A stretch of 57,248 bases of DNA from a virus (IMGVR_UViG_3300007276_000057:1-57248), one strand, 5' to 3'. Positions 48,537-56,878 are shown, numbered from the stretch's first letter. Notes: generated by a model from the letters alone, not told the origin. Numbers and translations are program-made.

Positions 48537-49352
48537 ATGTCATATTCTAGAACCGTACAATGCTCACACTGCTATCGTCAAGGACACAATATATCTGGCT
48601 GCCCAGACCTCATAAAACTTTATGAAGAATACAAGCAGATAATAACGAAGTATAAAGAAGACAACCCTAACTGGCTTGGTTCCACTCATAGTAGCATGTC
48701 TCATTCAACGATGAGAGATTTGGGCATGAACTGGCAGCACATCAAAGCAGCAAGAGTCATGTCTAAAAAGGAACACAAGAGGACCAATCGCCAATGCACT
48801 TACTGCTATGGGAAAGGTCATAATCGCCGCACCTGTAAGCATTTGAAGAGTCACCTTGATCTTCTGGTCAAAGCACAAGTCGCTTATAATGAAAAGATAG
48901 CCAAGTCCTTGACGGCTGCTGGTTATGGTGTTGGTGCCTTGGTTCAGCAAAAAGGGGAAAGGTGGGATTCAAGGACCGGCACTTATGCGGAGTATAACGA
49001 AATGGGTGTTATTACGGACTTCAATCTGAATTATTGTATTATCGAATTTCTTCGCTCGACTTACCAACGTCAACCAACGATTGGGGCTCACCTCGGTGGC
49101 GAAAGAATGCGCCTGATGCCTTACTTCAATGAACAGGTCAAGAGTGAGTTAGCCATCGGCACGGCTTGGCAGAGCAGCCCCGACCATATCCTACTATCCC
49201 GCTCTCATACCCCCGTACCCCCACCCGTACATACGGAGAAAGGAATTAGGAACTCTATCAAAGAAGACCTAAAGGATTGGAATCTTGCGAGTGTTAAGGC
49301 ATGGTTCCACCGTCTTGAAGGCATTGTTGAGGTTCCGAATGAAGATCGGTGA
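48537..49352 (+). CDS. Protein with two CCHC zinc knuckles
   Basis: CSHCYRQGHNISGC and CTYCYGKGHNRRTC. Confidence 0.75.
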   Translation: MSYSRTVQCSHCYRQGHNISGCPDLIKLYEEYKQIITKYKEDNPNWLGSTHSSMSHSTMRDLGMNWQHIKAARVMSKKEHKRTNRQCTYCYGKGHNRRTCKHLKSHLDLLVKAQVAYNEKIAKSLTAAGYGVGALVQQKGERWDSRTGTYAEYNEMGVITDFNLNYCIIEFLRSTYQRQPTIGAHLGGERMRLMPYFNEQVKSELAIGTAWQSSPDHILLSRSHTPVPPPVHTEKGIRNSIKEDLKDWNLASVKAWFHRLEGIVEVPNEDR

Positions 49353-49515
49353 CCTTATAAGGGATGTACAAACACAAAGAATTGGCTTAGTCGTGGACAT
49401 TTATGAAAGCATAGCACAAACTCATTATAAAGTTCTTAATTTAAAAGGAGGCACCGAATGGTTTCCAAAGGACTTTGCCCATGGTAAATGCGAGGTGGTC
49501 AATGAAGGTAGGTAA
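49339..49515 (+). CDS. Small KOW/SH3-like protein
   Basis: MKIGDLI...EVVNEGR. Confidence 0.7.
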   Translation: MKIGDLIRDVQTQRIGLVVDIYESIAQTHYKVLNLKGGTEWFPKDFAHGKCEVVNEGR

Positions 49516-49690
49516 CCTTGTTAAATATCACGAACCTCGTATGCCTGTGTTTCATGGCTGTATTGGGGTTGTTATATCGTTCTATGACCGCTATCACGAA
49601 TGGAAGGAAAGTATTTTGGTTGAACTCACAGATGGAAGACAATTTGTCGATCACTCGGAATGCTTCGAGGTGCTGAGTGAAATGCGGTGA
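49502..49690 (+). CDS. Small KOW/SH3-like protein
   Basis: MKVGNLV...EVLSEMR. Confidence 0.7.
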   Translation: MKVGNLVKYHEPRMPVFHGCIGVVISFYDRYHEWKESILVELTDGRQFVDHSECFEVLSEMR

Positions 49691-49871
49691 CTTGATCCAA
49701 TGTCGAGAGACAAGGAGGCTGGCTATCGTTGTTGTACCTCCAGATAAAAAAACTGGATGGCTGAAAGTTCGTTGGGTTGATTCTGGGGTTGAATTGCTGA
49801 CCCAAAATATCGCTTGGAAAAATCTAACAAAAACCGGACAAAAAATGTCCTCGACAAAGATTCGGAAGTAG
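49677..49871 (+). CDS. Small KOW/SH3-like protein
   Basis: MKCGDLI..VRW. Confidence 0.65.
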   Translation: MKCGDLIQCRETRRLAIVVVPPDKKTGWLKVRWVDSGVELLTQNIAWKNLTKTGQKMSSTKIRK

Positions 49872-49878
49872 TTATATT
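49836..49878 (+). promoter_or_regulatory. Palindrome-promoter cassette 2
   Basis: GGACA-AAAAA-TGTCC, TCGACA, TATATT. Confidence 0.85.
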
Positions 49879-49902
49879 CTATGGGTATTCAAGAGGTAAA
49901 AA

Positions 49903-50589
49903 ATGGAACAGGAAATCACTTATGAAGATCTTAAAGAGGCTGCCCAAACAGCAGATAACCTTGGCGATAGTTACGCTGTCAGGGTTCTCACCAGTATGTC
50001 CGAGAAATTTATGAAGTGGGGTAAGTTAACCACTCGTCAAACCGATTTTGCTCGCAGCCTAATTGAGAGAAACAGCCCTGAAGCCGTTAATGCTCAAAGC
50101 AATTGGATTGAGAGAGTCAAAACAGATTTAGACTTTCAAGAAAGAATCGAAGTTATAGCAAGATATTATTCAGTTACACAATATTTCTCTGCTACCACTG
50201 GCGACTTTTTGAATTGGTTAAAAGATCGAGACGATAAATATATGCCTTCTGAGCATTCAGTTATGAAAATGATTGATAACAAGTTTTCAAATAAGGTTTG
50301 GGAAAGTCACAAAGGAAAGCAGATATGGAATGTCGGTGACCTTGTACAAGCCCGTCAAAATGCAGCCATTCAACCTGCTTCAAGAGAGTTTTTCCTGCAT
50401 CATGGCGAATGCAGAGATTGGGTCTGGATGATAGTGGAACCCAACTCGCGACCCATCGACCGCTCCATTGGATACGATGAAAAGAAGGGGGGCGCACGAT
50501 ATTATCGCTTGCTTAAACTTGGCGGCACTCAACAAATAGATGTCATCGAGTGCGAACTAAAACGAGTTCCTAAAAAACTCCTTAAATAA
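49903..50589 (+). CDS. Hypothetical protein with C-terminal KOW-like domain
   Basis: GKLTTRQ motif; WNVGDLV. Confidence 0.7.
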   Translation: MEQEITYEDLKEAAQTADNLGDSYAVRVLTSMSEKFMKWGKLTTRQTDFARSLIERNSPEAVNAQSNWIERVKTDLDFQERIEVIARYYSVTQYFSATTGDFLNWLKDRDDKYMPSEHSVMKMIDNKFSNKVWESHKGKQIWNVGDLVQARQNAAIQPASREFFLHHGECRDWVWMIVEPNSRPIDRSIGYDEKKGGARYYRLLKLGGTQQIDVIECELKRVPKKLLK

Positions 50590-50598
50590 ATAACAAAC

Positions 50599-50641
50599 GG
50601 ACAAAAAATGTCCGTGACAGTTTGCAAGAACTGGTTATATT
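50599..50641 (+). promoter_or_regulatory. Palindrome-promoter cassette 3
   Basis: GGACA-AAAAA-TGTCC, GTGACA, TATATT. Confidence 0.85.
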
Positions 50642-50664
50642 ATATACATGAAAAGGAGAGATAA

Positions 50665-50820
50665 ATGAAAGTCGGTGATTTAGTAAAAACAAGAAAAGGC
50701 AACCTTTGTATGGTTACAGAAATCAACAAGAAAGATTTTTGTGTTGATGTTCTCTTTGTTAAGACTGGTGTTCTTAGGACTGGTCTGCCCATGGGTGCTT
50801 TGTTGAAGGTGGTAAAATGA
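50665..50820 (+). CDS. Small KOW/SH3-like protein (51 aa, not in track)
   Basis: MKVGDLVK...KVVK; AAGGAG RBS. Confidence 0.7.
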   Translation: MKVGDLVKTRKGNLCMVTEINKKDFCVDVLFVKTGVLRTGLPMGALLKVVK

Positions 50821-50996
50821 AAGTAGGTGATTTGGTAAAATTTAGAGGCTCAATCGGTATTATCATCGAACTTCATAGCGATTATCGCCATGGTACAGCA
50901 GAGGTCCAATGGATTGAAGGTGACCGAGATGTCATTTCCAGAAAGGTTTTAAAGGCGATAGAACAAACCAGAAATGTTTTAAAGGCGATAGAATAA
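50817..50996 (+). CDS. Small KOW/SH3-like protein (59 aa, not in track)
   Basis: MKVGDLVKF..IGII..VQW. Confidence 0.7.
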   Translation: MKVGDLVKFRGSIGIIIELHSDYRHGTAEVQWIEGDRDVISRKVLKAIEQTRNVLKAIE

Positions 50997-51006
50997 AACC
51001 GGACAT
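50946..51006 (+). repeat. ~30-nt tandem duplication
   Basis: GTTTTAAAGGCGATAGAA at 50946 and 50976. Confidence 0.85.
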
Positions 51007-51043
51007 TTTATGTCCTCGACATAATTCATCAAGCGGTTATATT
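51001..51043 (+). promoter_or_regulatory. Palindrome-promoter cassette 4
   Basis: GGACA-TTTTA-TGTCC, TCGACA, TATATT. Confidence 0.85.
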
Positions 51044-51066
51044 ATATGTATCAAAAGGAGAAAAAA

Positions 51067-51273
51067 ATGAAAGTAGGTGATTTATTCGTTTATAACAGTC
51101 GTTTCAGCAACACCATTCACGAAGGGCAAAGGTGTGTCTATCTTGGAGAAGACTTTATTCACCGAAGCGACGGTGTGGTGGTTCAAAATCACAAGATTCT
51201 CTTTGTGGGCGATTCTGTCCCGACAACGATTGATATTGGTGTGTTGAAATGGTTAAAGAAGGTGGTAAAATGA
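51067..51273 (+). CDS. Small KOW/SH3-like protein
   Basis: MKVGDLF...KVVK. Confidence 0.7.
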   Translation: MKVGDLFVYNSRFSNTIHEGQRCVYLGEDFIHRSDGVVVQNHKILFVGDSVPTTIDIGVLKWLKKVVK

Positions 51274-51446
51274 AAATAGGCGATTTAGTAAGGTGGGAAA
51301 ATACCGCTGGTGAATATGAATTGGGCATAGTTACATCGTTCGACGCATACGATGAATATCTGGGAGTCAAGGTGTATTTCTTTGACGATGGATTCATCTC
51401 TGAAATGTCCAAAGAAGACTTGGAGGTGATAAGTGAAAATCGGTGA
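51270..51446 (+). CDS. Small KOW/SH3-like protein
   Basis: MKIGDLV...LEVISENR. Confidence 0.7.
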   Translation: MKIGDLVRWENTAGEYELGIVTSFDAYDEYLGVKVYFFDDGFISEMSKEDLEVISENR

Positions 51447-51636
51447 TTTAGTAAAATACAACGACCCTCGGTATCCAGAATGGAGTTCACTTGTCGGCAT
51501 CATTAGCCGTCAAATCCCAGGGACAGCAGAATATCAACGGGTTATCTGGAACAACGGAACCCACAGCACTTTACCAAAAAAATATCTAAGGAGATTAGAC
51601 TATGGAAATACAAAAGGGAACTTTACTAAGAAATAA
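51433..51636 (+). CDS. Small KOW/SH3-like protein
   Basis: MKIGDLV..VGII..VIW. Confidence 0.7.
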   Translation: MKIGDLVKYNDPRYPEWSSLVGIISRQIPGTAEYQRVIWNNGTHSTLPKKYLRRLDYGNTKGNFTKK

Positions 51637-51835
51637 AAGCGATAAGTCATACGCTATCGTAATTCAAGAACCAGCAGTCAGGTTTTTCCCTGATGCAAAT
51701 CATCGTTATGGTGAGTTTGAATCTGGTGTCGCTGATACTGCTATCCGTATCAAATGGGTTCAGAATGGTTATGAACACACTTTGCAGAGAAGCAAAATGT
51801 CGGCAAATTGGGAGGTGGTCAATGAAGATCGGTGA
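51602..51835 (+). CDS. Small KOW/SH3-like protein
   Basis: IQKGTLL...EVVNEDR. Confidence 0.65.
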   Translation: MEIQKGTLLRNKSDKSYAIVIQEPAVRFFPDANHRYGEFESGVADTAIRIKWVQNGYEHTLQRSKMSANWEVVNEDR

Positions 51836-52022
51836 TTTAGTTAAATGGACTGACTACAAAGGACCAGAACCAATTGAACATGTTGGGCTCTTTATTGAGA
51901 GAGTTAAAGACTTTCATGTCGATGCTGTTAATAACAATTGGGGTGATATTATCGTTATCTATGATGGAGAATATACCAAATGGACTTCTTGGCAGTGCGA
52001 AGTGATAAATGAAGATCGGTGA
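51822..52022 (+). CDS. Small KOW/SH3-like protein
   Basis: MKIGDLV...EVINEDR. Confidence 0.7.
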   Translation: MKIGDLVKWTDYKGPEPIEHVGLFIERVKDFHVDAVNNNWGDIIVIYDGEYTKWTSWQCEVINEDR

Positions 52023-52179
52023 CTTGGTTACATTAAAACAACAGTGTCGTGATTCTGACCGCTTGGCGATTATTGTTTCTTTGGCGCAATTCGACCCCGG
52101 CTATGTTTATATCGCTTTCATGGACGACCCTACAAATCGTATCATTTGTGCGGTGGGAAATATTATTGAATTAAATTGA
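52009..52179 (+). CDS. Small KOW/SH3-like protein (56 aa, not in track)
   Basis: MKIGDLV..LAII. Confidence 0.7.
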   Translation: MKIGDLVTLKQQCRDSDRLAIIVSLAQFDPGYVYIAFMDDPTNRIICAVGNIIELN

Positions 52180-52183
52180 AAAC

Positions 52184-52226
52184 GGACACATTTTGTCCTC
52201 GACAAGTTCAGAGGACTGGTTATATT
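52184..52226 (+). promoter_or_regulatory. Palindrome-promoter cassette 5
   Basis: GGACA-CATTT-TGTCC, TCGACA, TATATT. Confidence 0.85.
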
Positions 52227-52248
52227 ATAAGGGTAACAAGGAGAAAAC

Positions 52249-52332
52249 ATGTCAAGAAATAAAACTTTAGCACTTGCCGCACTCGCAGACATTATTTGCT
52301 GGACTGGACTCATTTGGTTGATTTTTTTTTAA
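52249..52332 (+). CDS. 27-aa single-TM micropeptide
   Basis: MSRNKTLALAALADIICWTGLIWLIFF; AAGGAG RBS; own promoter. Confidence 0.6.
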   Translation: MSRNKTLALAALADIICWTGLIWLIFF

Positions 52333-52334
52333 TC

Positions 52335-52377
52335 GGACAAATTTTGTCCGACATCATGTTTTTACATATGCTATATT
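52335..52377 (+). promoter_or_regulatory. Palindrome-promoter cassette 6
   Basis: GGACA-AATTT-TGTCC, no recognisable -35, TATATT at the same spacing. Confidence 0.8.
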
Positions 52378-52399
52378 ATTAGTGTACCAAGGAGATAAA

Positions 52400-52486
52400 A
52401 TGTTCAGTTTAACCTTAGAAGATTTAGGAATTATGATAATAATGGCTTTCATGTTTTCATTTATTATTTTTCTGGGCCTTCCATAA
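52400..52486 (+). CDS. 28-aa single-TM micropeptide
   Basis: MFSLTLEDLGIMIIMAFMFSFIIFLGLP; AAGGAG RBS; own promoter. Confidence 0.6.
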   Translation: MFSLTLEDLGIMIIMAFMFSFIIFLGLP

Positions 52487-52489
52487 AAC

Positions 52490-52532
52490 GGACAAAAAAT
52501 GTCCTTGAAACTTTCTGAGACATAGTTATATT
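52490..52532 (+). promoter_or_regulatory. Palindrome-promoter cassette 7
   Basis: GGACA-AAAAA-TGTCC, TTGAAA, TATATT. Confidence 0.85.
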
Positions 52533-52575
52533 ATAAGAGTAAAAACAAACCATACCTAACCACTGGAGACAAAAA

Positions 52576-53631
52576 ATGTCTATTGATTTTAAAACATTCC
52601 TTTCAATTGTTCCTCACATTATTGAGGCTCGCTTTCCTATTCTGACCCGTGGTCGTCATGGTATCGGTAAATCAACTCTCGTTTATCAACTCGCCAAGCA
52701 AATGGATCTTGAAGTTGTTGAACGAAGAGCCTCTCAAATGACCGAAGGTGATTTGCTTGGGCTTCCAAAAGTTGAGGACAATGTGACTCAGTGGCTTGCT
52801 CCTGAGTGGTTGCACACTGCTTGCAACAAGCCAGTCATTCTTTTCTTAGATGAAGTTGACCGAGCCACAATGGAAGTTCGCCAAGGTATCTTTGAACTTT
52901 GTGATTCTCGTAAGATTGCTGGCTACACTTTGCACCCTGACACAATTATCTTTGCTGCTGTTAACGGTGGAGAGCATGGAGCCCAATATCAAGTTGGTGA
53001 AATGGACCCTGCTGAATTGGACCGCTACACTGTCTTTGATGTAGAGCCTACCGTTGAGGATTGGCTTGCTTGGGCTAAGACTGAGGTTTGCGATGAGATT
53101 TGGAACTTCATCAACCAGAATCACCAGCACCTTGAGCATCGTGACGACTATGAACCAAACAAGGTTTATCCTTCTCGTCGCTCTTGGGAAAGACTTTCTA
53201 AGACTCTAAGTGGTTTAGATAAAGTTGAACACTCGCCAACCCTTTATCACTTGTCCACTGCTTTTGTTGGCTTTGAGGCTGCTATTGCTCTTAACGATTT
53301 TGTTAAGAACTACGACCGACAAGTAACTGTTGAGGATATTATTGACGACGGTAAACTTGAATTAACTAAAGACTGGAAAATCAACGACCACAATGCTTTG
53401 ATTGAGAAGATTAAAGCCAAAGAAACCTTTGCAGAAAAGTTGACTGATAATCGTTTGCAGAATGTCGCCAACTACTTTGTAACCCTTCCGTCTGAGGTTG
53501 CTATGAGTTTGTGGCAAGCCATGGGCAACAGCGAGTTCGCAACTCACAATGTGTCTCGCCTCCATGGAATGACTGCCTCTAATGGTGTGAAGATTCAAGA
53601 GTATATCGTAGAAATCTTAACCGCAAAATAA
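52576..53631 (+). CDS. MoxR/AAA_5-type ATPase
   Basis: GRHGIGKS, DLLGLP, LFLDEVDRA, AAVN, MDPAELDRY, PSRRSW. Confidence 0.88.
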   Translation: MSIDFKTFLSIVPHIIEARFPILTRGRHGIGKSTLVYQLAKQMDLEVVERRASQMTEGDLLGLPKVEDNVTQWLAPEWLHTACNKPVILFLDEVDRATMEVRQGIFELCDSRKIAGYTLHPDTIIFAAVNGGEHGAQYQVGEMDPAELDRYTVFDVEPTVEDWLAWAKTEVCDEIWNFINQNHQHLEHRDDYEPNKVYPSRRSWERLSKTLSGLDKVEHSPTLYHLSTAFVGFEAAIALNDFVKNYDRQVTVEDIIDDGKLELTKDWKINDHNALIEKIKAKETFAEKLTDNRLQNVANYFVTLPSEVAMSLWQAMGNSEFATHNVSRLHGMTASNGVKIQEYIVEILTAK

Positions 53632-53634
53632 ACC

Positions 53635-53677
53635 GGACAAAAAATGTCCTCGCCAAATGGCGAGGGCAGGTTATATT
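53635..53677 (+). promoter_or_regulatory. Palindrome-promoter cassette 8
   Basis: GGACA-AAAAA-TGTCC, TCGCCA, TATATT. Confidence 0.85.
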
Positions 53678-53699
53678 ATAAAGGTAACAAGGAGTTAAC

Positions 53700-54926
53700 A
53701 TGTCCGAAGAACAAGTTAGATTTGACTTAAATAAATATACATTCCGATTGCTTCAAAATGAGCCGTTTTTTGCCGCTTTGTCTCGTCGGATACATAAGCG
53801 ACCAACCAAGTCAATTCCAACGGCTGGTGTTATGATAAATAAAAGCACTTCTCAATTTGAAATGCTTTACAATGAGGAGTTCATGGAAGGACTCGCAGAC
53901 GACCACAAACTTGGCGTCCTGATGCATGAATTCTATCACATTATCTTTGAGCATGTGACCGGACGATTGCCTCCAGAGGGCATGTCTATGATGTGGAATG
54001 TAGCGACTGACCTATCTATCAATTCTCATCTTATCGGTAAACTTCCCAAAGAAGCATGTATCCCTGGTGCTGAAGGTCCATTCAAAGAATACCCTATAGG
54101 TAAATCAGCCGAATGGTACTTCTCCAAGCTTCAAAATGATGAGCAATTCAAGAAAGACCCAAAGGACGGCGACGGTCAATCTGGCGAAGGTGACGGCGAA
54201 TCCCAAGGTTCAAGTGGCTCTGGTGGACTTGGCGATCATGTATTTGATAATCATGATGGCTGGGAGGAAGCAAGCGAAGAAGTCAAGCAGATTGCAAAAG
54301 AAAGAATGAAACAAGCAGTAGCCGACGCAGCAAAAGAAGTACAGGCTAAAGGTTCTTCATGGGGCACAGTCTCAGCCCAAACCCGTCAACAAATCATGGA
54401 CATGATTAGTCCAAAGGTTGACTGGCGCAAGGTTCTTAGATATTTTGTTAAGACCTCCCAACGGTCAAGCAAGCGGTCAACCGTTCGCCGTATCAATAAG
54501 CGATTCCCTTATATCCATTCAGGCAAGAAGGTCACAAGACAAGCCAAGATAGCCATATCAATTGACCAGTCTGGTTCGGTTGATGATAAAATGCTCGCCG
54601 CTTTCTTTTCAGAACTTAATAGTTTATCGAAGTTTGCCGAGTTTACTGTGATTCCATTCGATACCGAAGTAGAAGAAAGCAAGGTGTTTGTATGGAAGAA
54701 AGGTCAAAAGAAAGTTTGGGAACGTGTACTTTGCGGTGGAACCTGCTTTGATGCTCCAACCAGATATGTCAACAAACATAATTTTGACGGTCATATTATC
54801 TTAACTGATATGATGGCTCCCAAGCCAGTCGCTTCCAAATGTCAACGCATGTGGATGACCGACCAGCAAAACGCCAATAACCCCTATTTTCAAACCAGAG
54901 AGCGAGTGATCGCAATCGAACCCTAA
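53700..54926 (+). CDS. DUF2201-type metallopeptidase plus vWA domain protein
   Basis: HEFYH, WNVATDLSIN, DQSGSV (MIDAS), FDT, GGT, LTD. Confidence 0.85.
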   Translation: MSEEQVRFDLNKYTFRLLQNEPFFAALSRRIHKRPTKSIPTAGVMINKSTSQFEMLYNEEFMEGLADDHKLGVLMHEFYHIIFEHVTGRLPPEGMSMMWNVATDLSINSHLIGKLPKEACIPGAEGPFKEYPIGKSAEWYFSKLQNDEQFKKDPKDGDGQSGEGDGESQGSSGSGGLGDHVFDNHDGWEEASEEVKQIAKERMKQAVADAAKEVQAKGSSWGTVSAQTRQQIMDMISPKVDWRKVLRYFVKTSQRSSKRSTVRRINKRFPYIHSGKKVTRQAKIAISIDQSGSVDDKMLAAFFSELNSLSKFAEFTVIPFDTEVEESKVFVWKKGQKKVWERVLCGGTCFDAPTRYVNKHNFDGHIILTDMMAPKPVASKCQRMWMTDQQNANNPYFQTRERVIAIEP

Positions 54927-54938
54927 GAGAACTAAAAA

Positions 54939-55280
54939 ATGAACAAGAAGTATAACCTATCCGACGAATCCGTCGAAGCCTTTGAAGGCATTGTCCAAGA
55001 CATAAAAAAGAATAAAAGAACCATAAGATATATAAAGAACACAAGAGACAGACAGAGGTTAAATGCTGGCTGGAACTTTCAAACCAAGTGGACCAAGAAG
55101 ACCATTCAGAAAGCAGCAGACTTTATCACTTCATTAGAAGCCGATGATGCTCTAACCTTTTGGCAGTCAATTGGTATGGGACCAAGTGCAAATCATAACA
55201 TAGCCAAACTTCACACGGCTGTTTCTTCAGAGGGAATAATGGTCAAAGACCATTTAATAAATATATTATCAAAAGAATAA
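54939..55280 (+). CDS. Standalone paralog of the AAA ATPase C-terminal domain
   Basis: Last ~60 aa align by eye with the C-terminus of 52576..53631. Confidence 0.7.
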   Translation: MNKKYNLSDESVEAFEGIVQDIKKNKRTIRYIKNTRDRQRLNAGWNFQTKWTKKTIQKAADFITSLEADDALTFWQSIGMGPSANHNIAKLHTAVSSEGIMVKDHLINILSKE

Positions 55281-55283
55281 GCC

Positions 55284-55326
55284 GGACATAAATTGTCCTT
55301 CACAAACATTGTTATCTGGTTATATT
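55284..55326 (+). promoter_or_regulatory. Palindrome-promoter cassette 9
   Basis: GGACA-TAAAT-TGTCC, TTCACA, TATATT. Confidence 0.85.
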
Positions 55327-55350
55327 ATTAGTATAGAAAGGAGAAAACAA

Positions 55351-55680
55351 ATGGACATTTGGATTGTTTTAGAGATACTAAATACAGACGAAGGTTTGGA
55401 ACATTACACCACAGCACACTTAACGAAAAAAGGTGCTTATATTGCAGGTTGGAAGCTTTTGAAATCTCAATACCGCGATGCTTTTGGCTTTGAAGACGAG
55501 GTTAGTTTACTTAACGATGAACAGGGTGACCTGCTTGATTCAATTCTTAAAACAAAAGACTTGAATAGCTTTAAACTTGAGGTACTTGAAAATAGTTTTG
55601 TTGAAATTGGCTATCACATTTCAGCCGCCCTCGATTGGAATTTTGAAGTGGCGATAAACAAATGCAAAGCTTTTTCATAA
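55351..55680 (+). CDS. Hypothetical protein
   Basis: AAGGAG RBS; ATG at 55351. Confidence 0.65.
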   Translation: MDIWIVLEILNTDEGLEHYTTAHLTKKGAYIAGWKLLKSQYRDAFGFEDEVSLLNDEQGDLLDSILKTKDLNSFKLEVLENSFVEIGYHISAALDWNFEVAINKCKAFS

Positions 55681-55683
55681 GCC

Positions 55684-55726
55684 GGACATAAATTGTCCTC
55701 GACAAGAAGCACCAACTGGTTATATT
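55684..55726 (+). promoter_or_regulatory. Palindrome-promoter cassette 10
   Basis: GGACA-TAAAT-TGTCC, TCGACA, TATATT. Confidence 0.85.
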
Positions 55727-55762
55727 ATATGTGTAAGAAACAAGACAACAAGGAGTCTAAAA

Positions 55763-56191
55763 ATGAGCATGAGATTAGTAACATACGAAGGAAAAAAAGT
55801 GGACATTCTCACCAAGATAGCCAGTGATGTTTATTGGGGTCTATCAAAGGTAGAATTTTATCTTCTTATCCAGAAGGTTGTTGACATCGTAACATTTAAC
55901 GATGACTATTACAATGAAACTGGTTATCTTCATGGTGATTCTATGGACGAGGGTGTTGATCTTCTTAAATTGATTCTTTCACAACAAGCACCAAGAACGG
56001 GAAAAGGCTCACAATATCCTGATGCTAAACGCAGAGAAGACCGATGGTCTTGGGGGCAATCCCGCACTGCGAGAGATTTACACCACCAAGACATTACAAG
56101 AAAAGATTTTAACCAATGGGTTGGAGTTATGAGAAGGTCGGTAAAATTAGCTCATGGTCTTGATGCTGCCAAACAAGCAATCGGACAATAA
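55763..56191 (+). CDS. Hypothetical protein
   Basis: AAGGAG RBS. Confidence 0.7.
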   Translation: MSMRLVTYEGKKVDILTKIASDVYWGLSKVEFYLLIQKVVDIVTFNDDYYNETGYLHGDSMDEGVDLLKLILSQQAPRTGKGSQYPDAKRREDRWSWGQSRTARDLHHQDITRKDFNQWVGVMRRSVKLAHGLDAAKQAIGQ

Positions 56192-56225
56192 TTGTCCTCG
56201 ACAAGAATCACCAACGGGTTATATT
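56183..56225 (+). promoter_or_regulatory. Palindrome-promoter cassette 11
   Basis: GGACA-ATAAT-TGTCC, TCGACA, TATATT. Confidence 0.85.
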
Positions 56226-56250
56226 ATAAGGGTAACAAGGAGAAAACACA

Positions 56251-56619
56251 ATGGCTTATTTGAGACCAAACACAACTATCTTTATGCAGAACAACGGACA
56301 ACCAATATATTCTATCATTGAGAAGATTGCTTTTAGAAAGTATTGGGGAAAGAGAAAGGACAAGAACACTGGACAAATGGTTCGTGCTCGCAAGTCTATG
56401 CCCTTTGCTGTCTGTTCTGTGTCCATGTCTTCTGACTCTGATATTCCAATTGGTGCTAAGTTTCTTATCCCTGGGTATCAATTGCGGAATGTCACAATGA
56501 AGGGCGAGAAGATACTTTGCTTTCATGATAAATACTCTGCCGAGTTTGCCCAAGAGTACGGCAACGAATGGGTCAAGACTTTGATAGCAGAAGAAGAACT
56601 AAAGATATCAAACAAATAA
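56251..56619 (+). CDS. Hypothetical protein
   Basis: AAGGAG RBS. Confidence 0.7.
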   Translation: MAYLRPNTTIFMQNNGQPIYSIIEKIAFRKYWGKRKDKNTGQMVRARKSMPFAVCSVSMSSDSDIPIGAKFLIPGYQLRNVTMKGEKILCFHDKYSAEFAQEYGNEWVKTLIAEEELKISNK

Positions 56620-56622
56620 ACC

Positions 56623-56665
56623 GGACATAAATTTTCCTTGAAGAAATCCTCAGAGCGGTTATATT
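56623..56665 (+). promoter_or_regulatory. Palindrome-promoter cassette 12
   Basis: GGACA-TAAAT-TTTCC (1 mismatch), TTGAAG, TATATT. Confidence 0.8.
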
Positions 56666-56689
56666 ATTAGTATAGAAAGGGAGAGAATA

Positions 56690-56878
56690 ATGAAAGTAAT
56701 ACTTGATAGCGGAAAGGTTCATAGCCCTGACGAAATAGCCTTTGGTATGACTCGCTATGCTGTCTTCGATGGTGAAAGCATTATTGATACTGATAACGAT
56801 TTGATTGAATTGGCTAAACGACATAGCATTGAACCGGTAGCCGAAAGTTTATTCAAGACCCAAAAAAATAAAAGTTAA
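56690..56878 (+). CDS. Hypothetical protein
   Basis: GGAG RBS after cassette 12. Confidence 0.6.
   Translation: MKVILDSGKVHSPDEIAFGMTRYAVFDGESIIDTDNDLIELAKRHSIEPVAESLFKTQKNKS

Noticed and set aside
48472-56665. CRISPR array or integron attC sites
   Set aside because: Repeats are separated by whole genes of 150-1650 nt and embed -10 boxes and RBSs; no cas or integrase genes and no attC core-site structure
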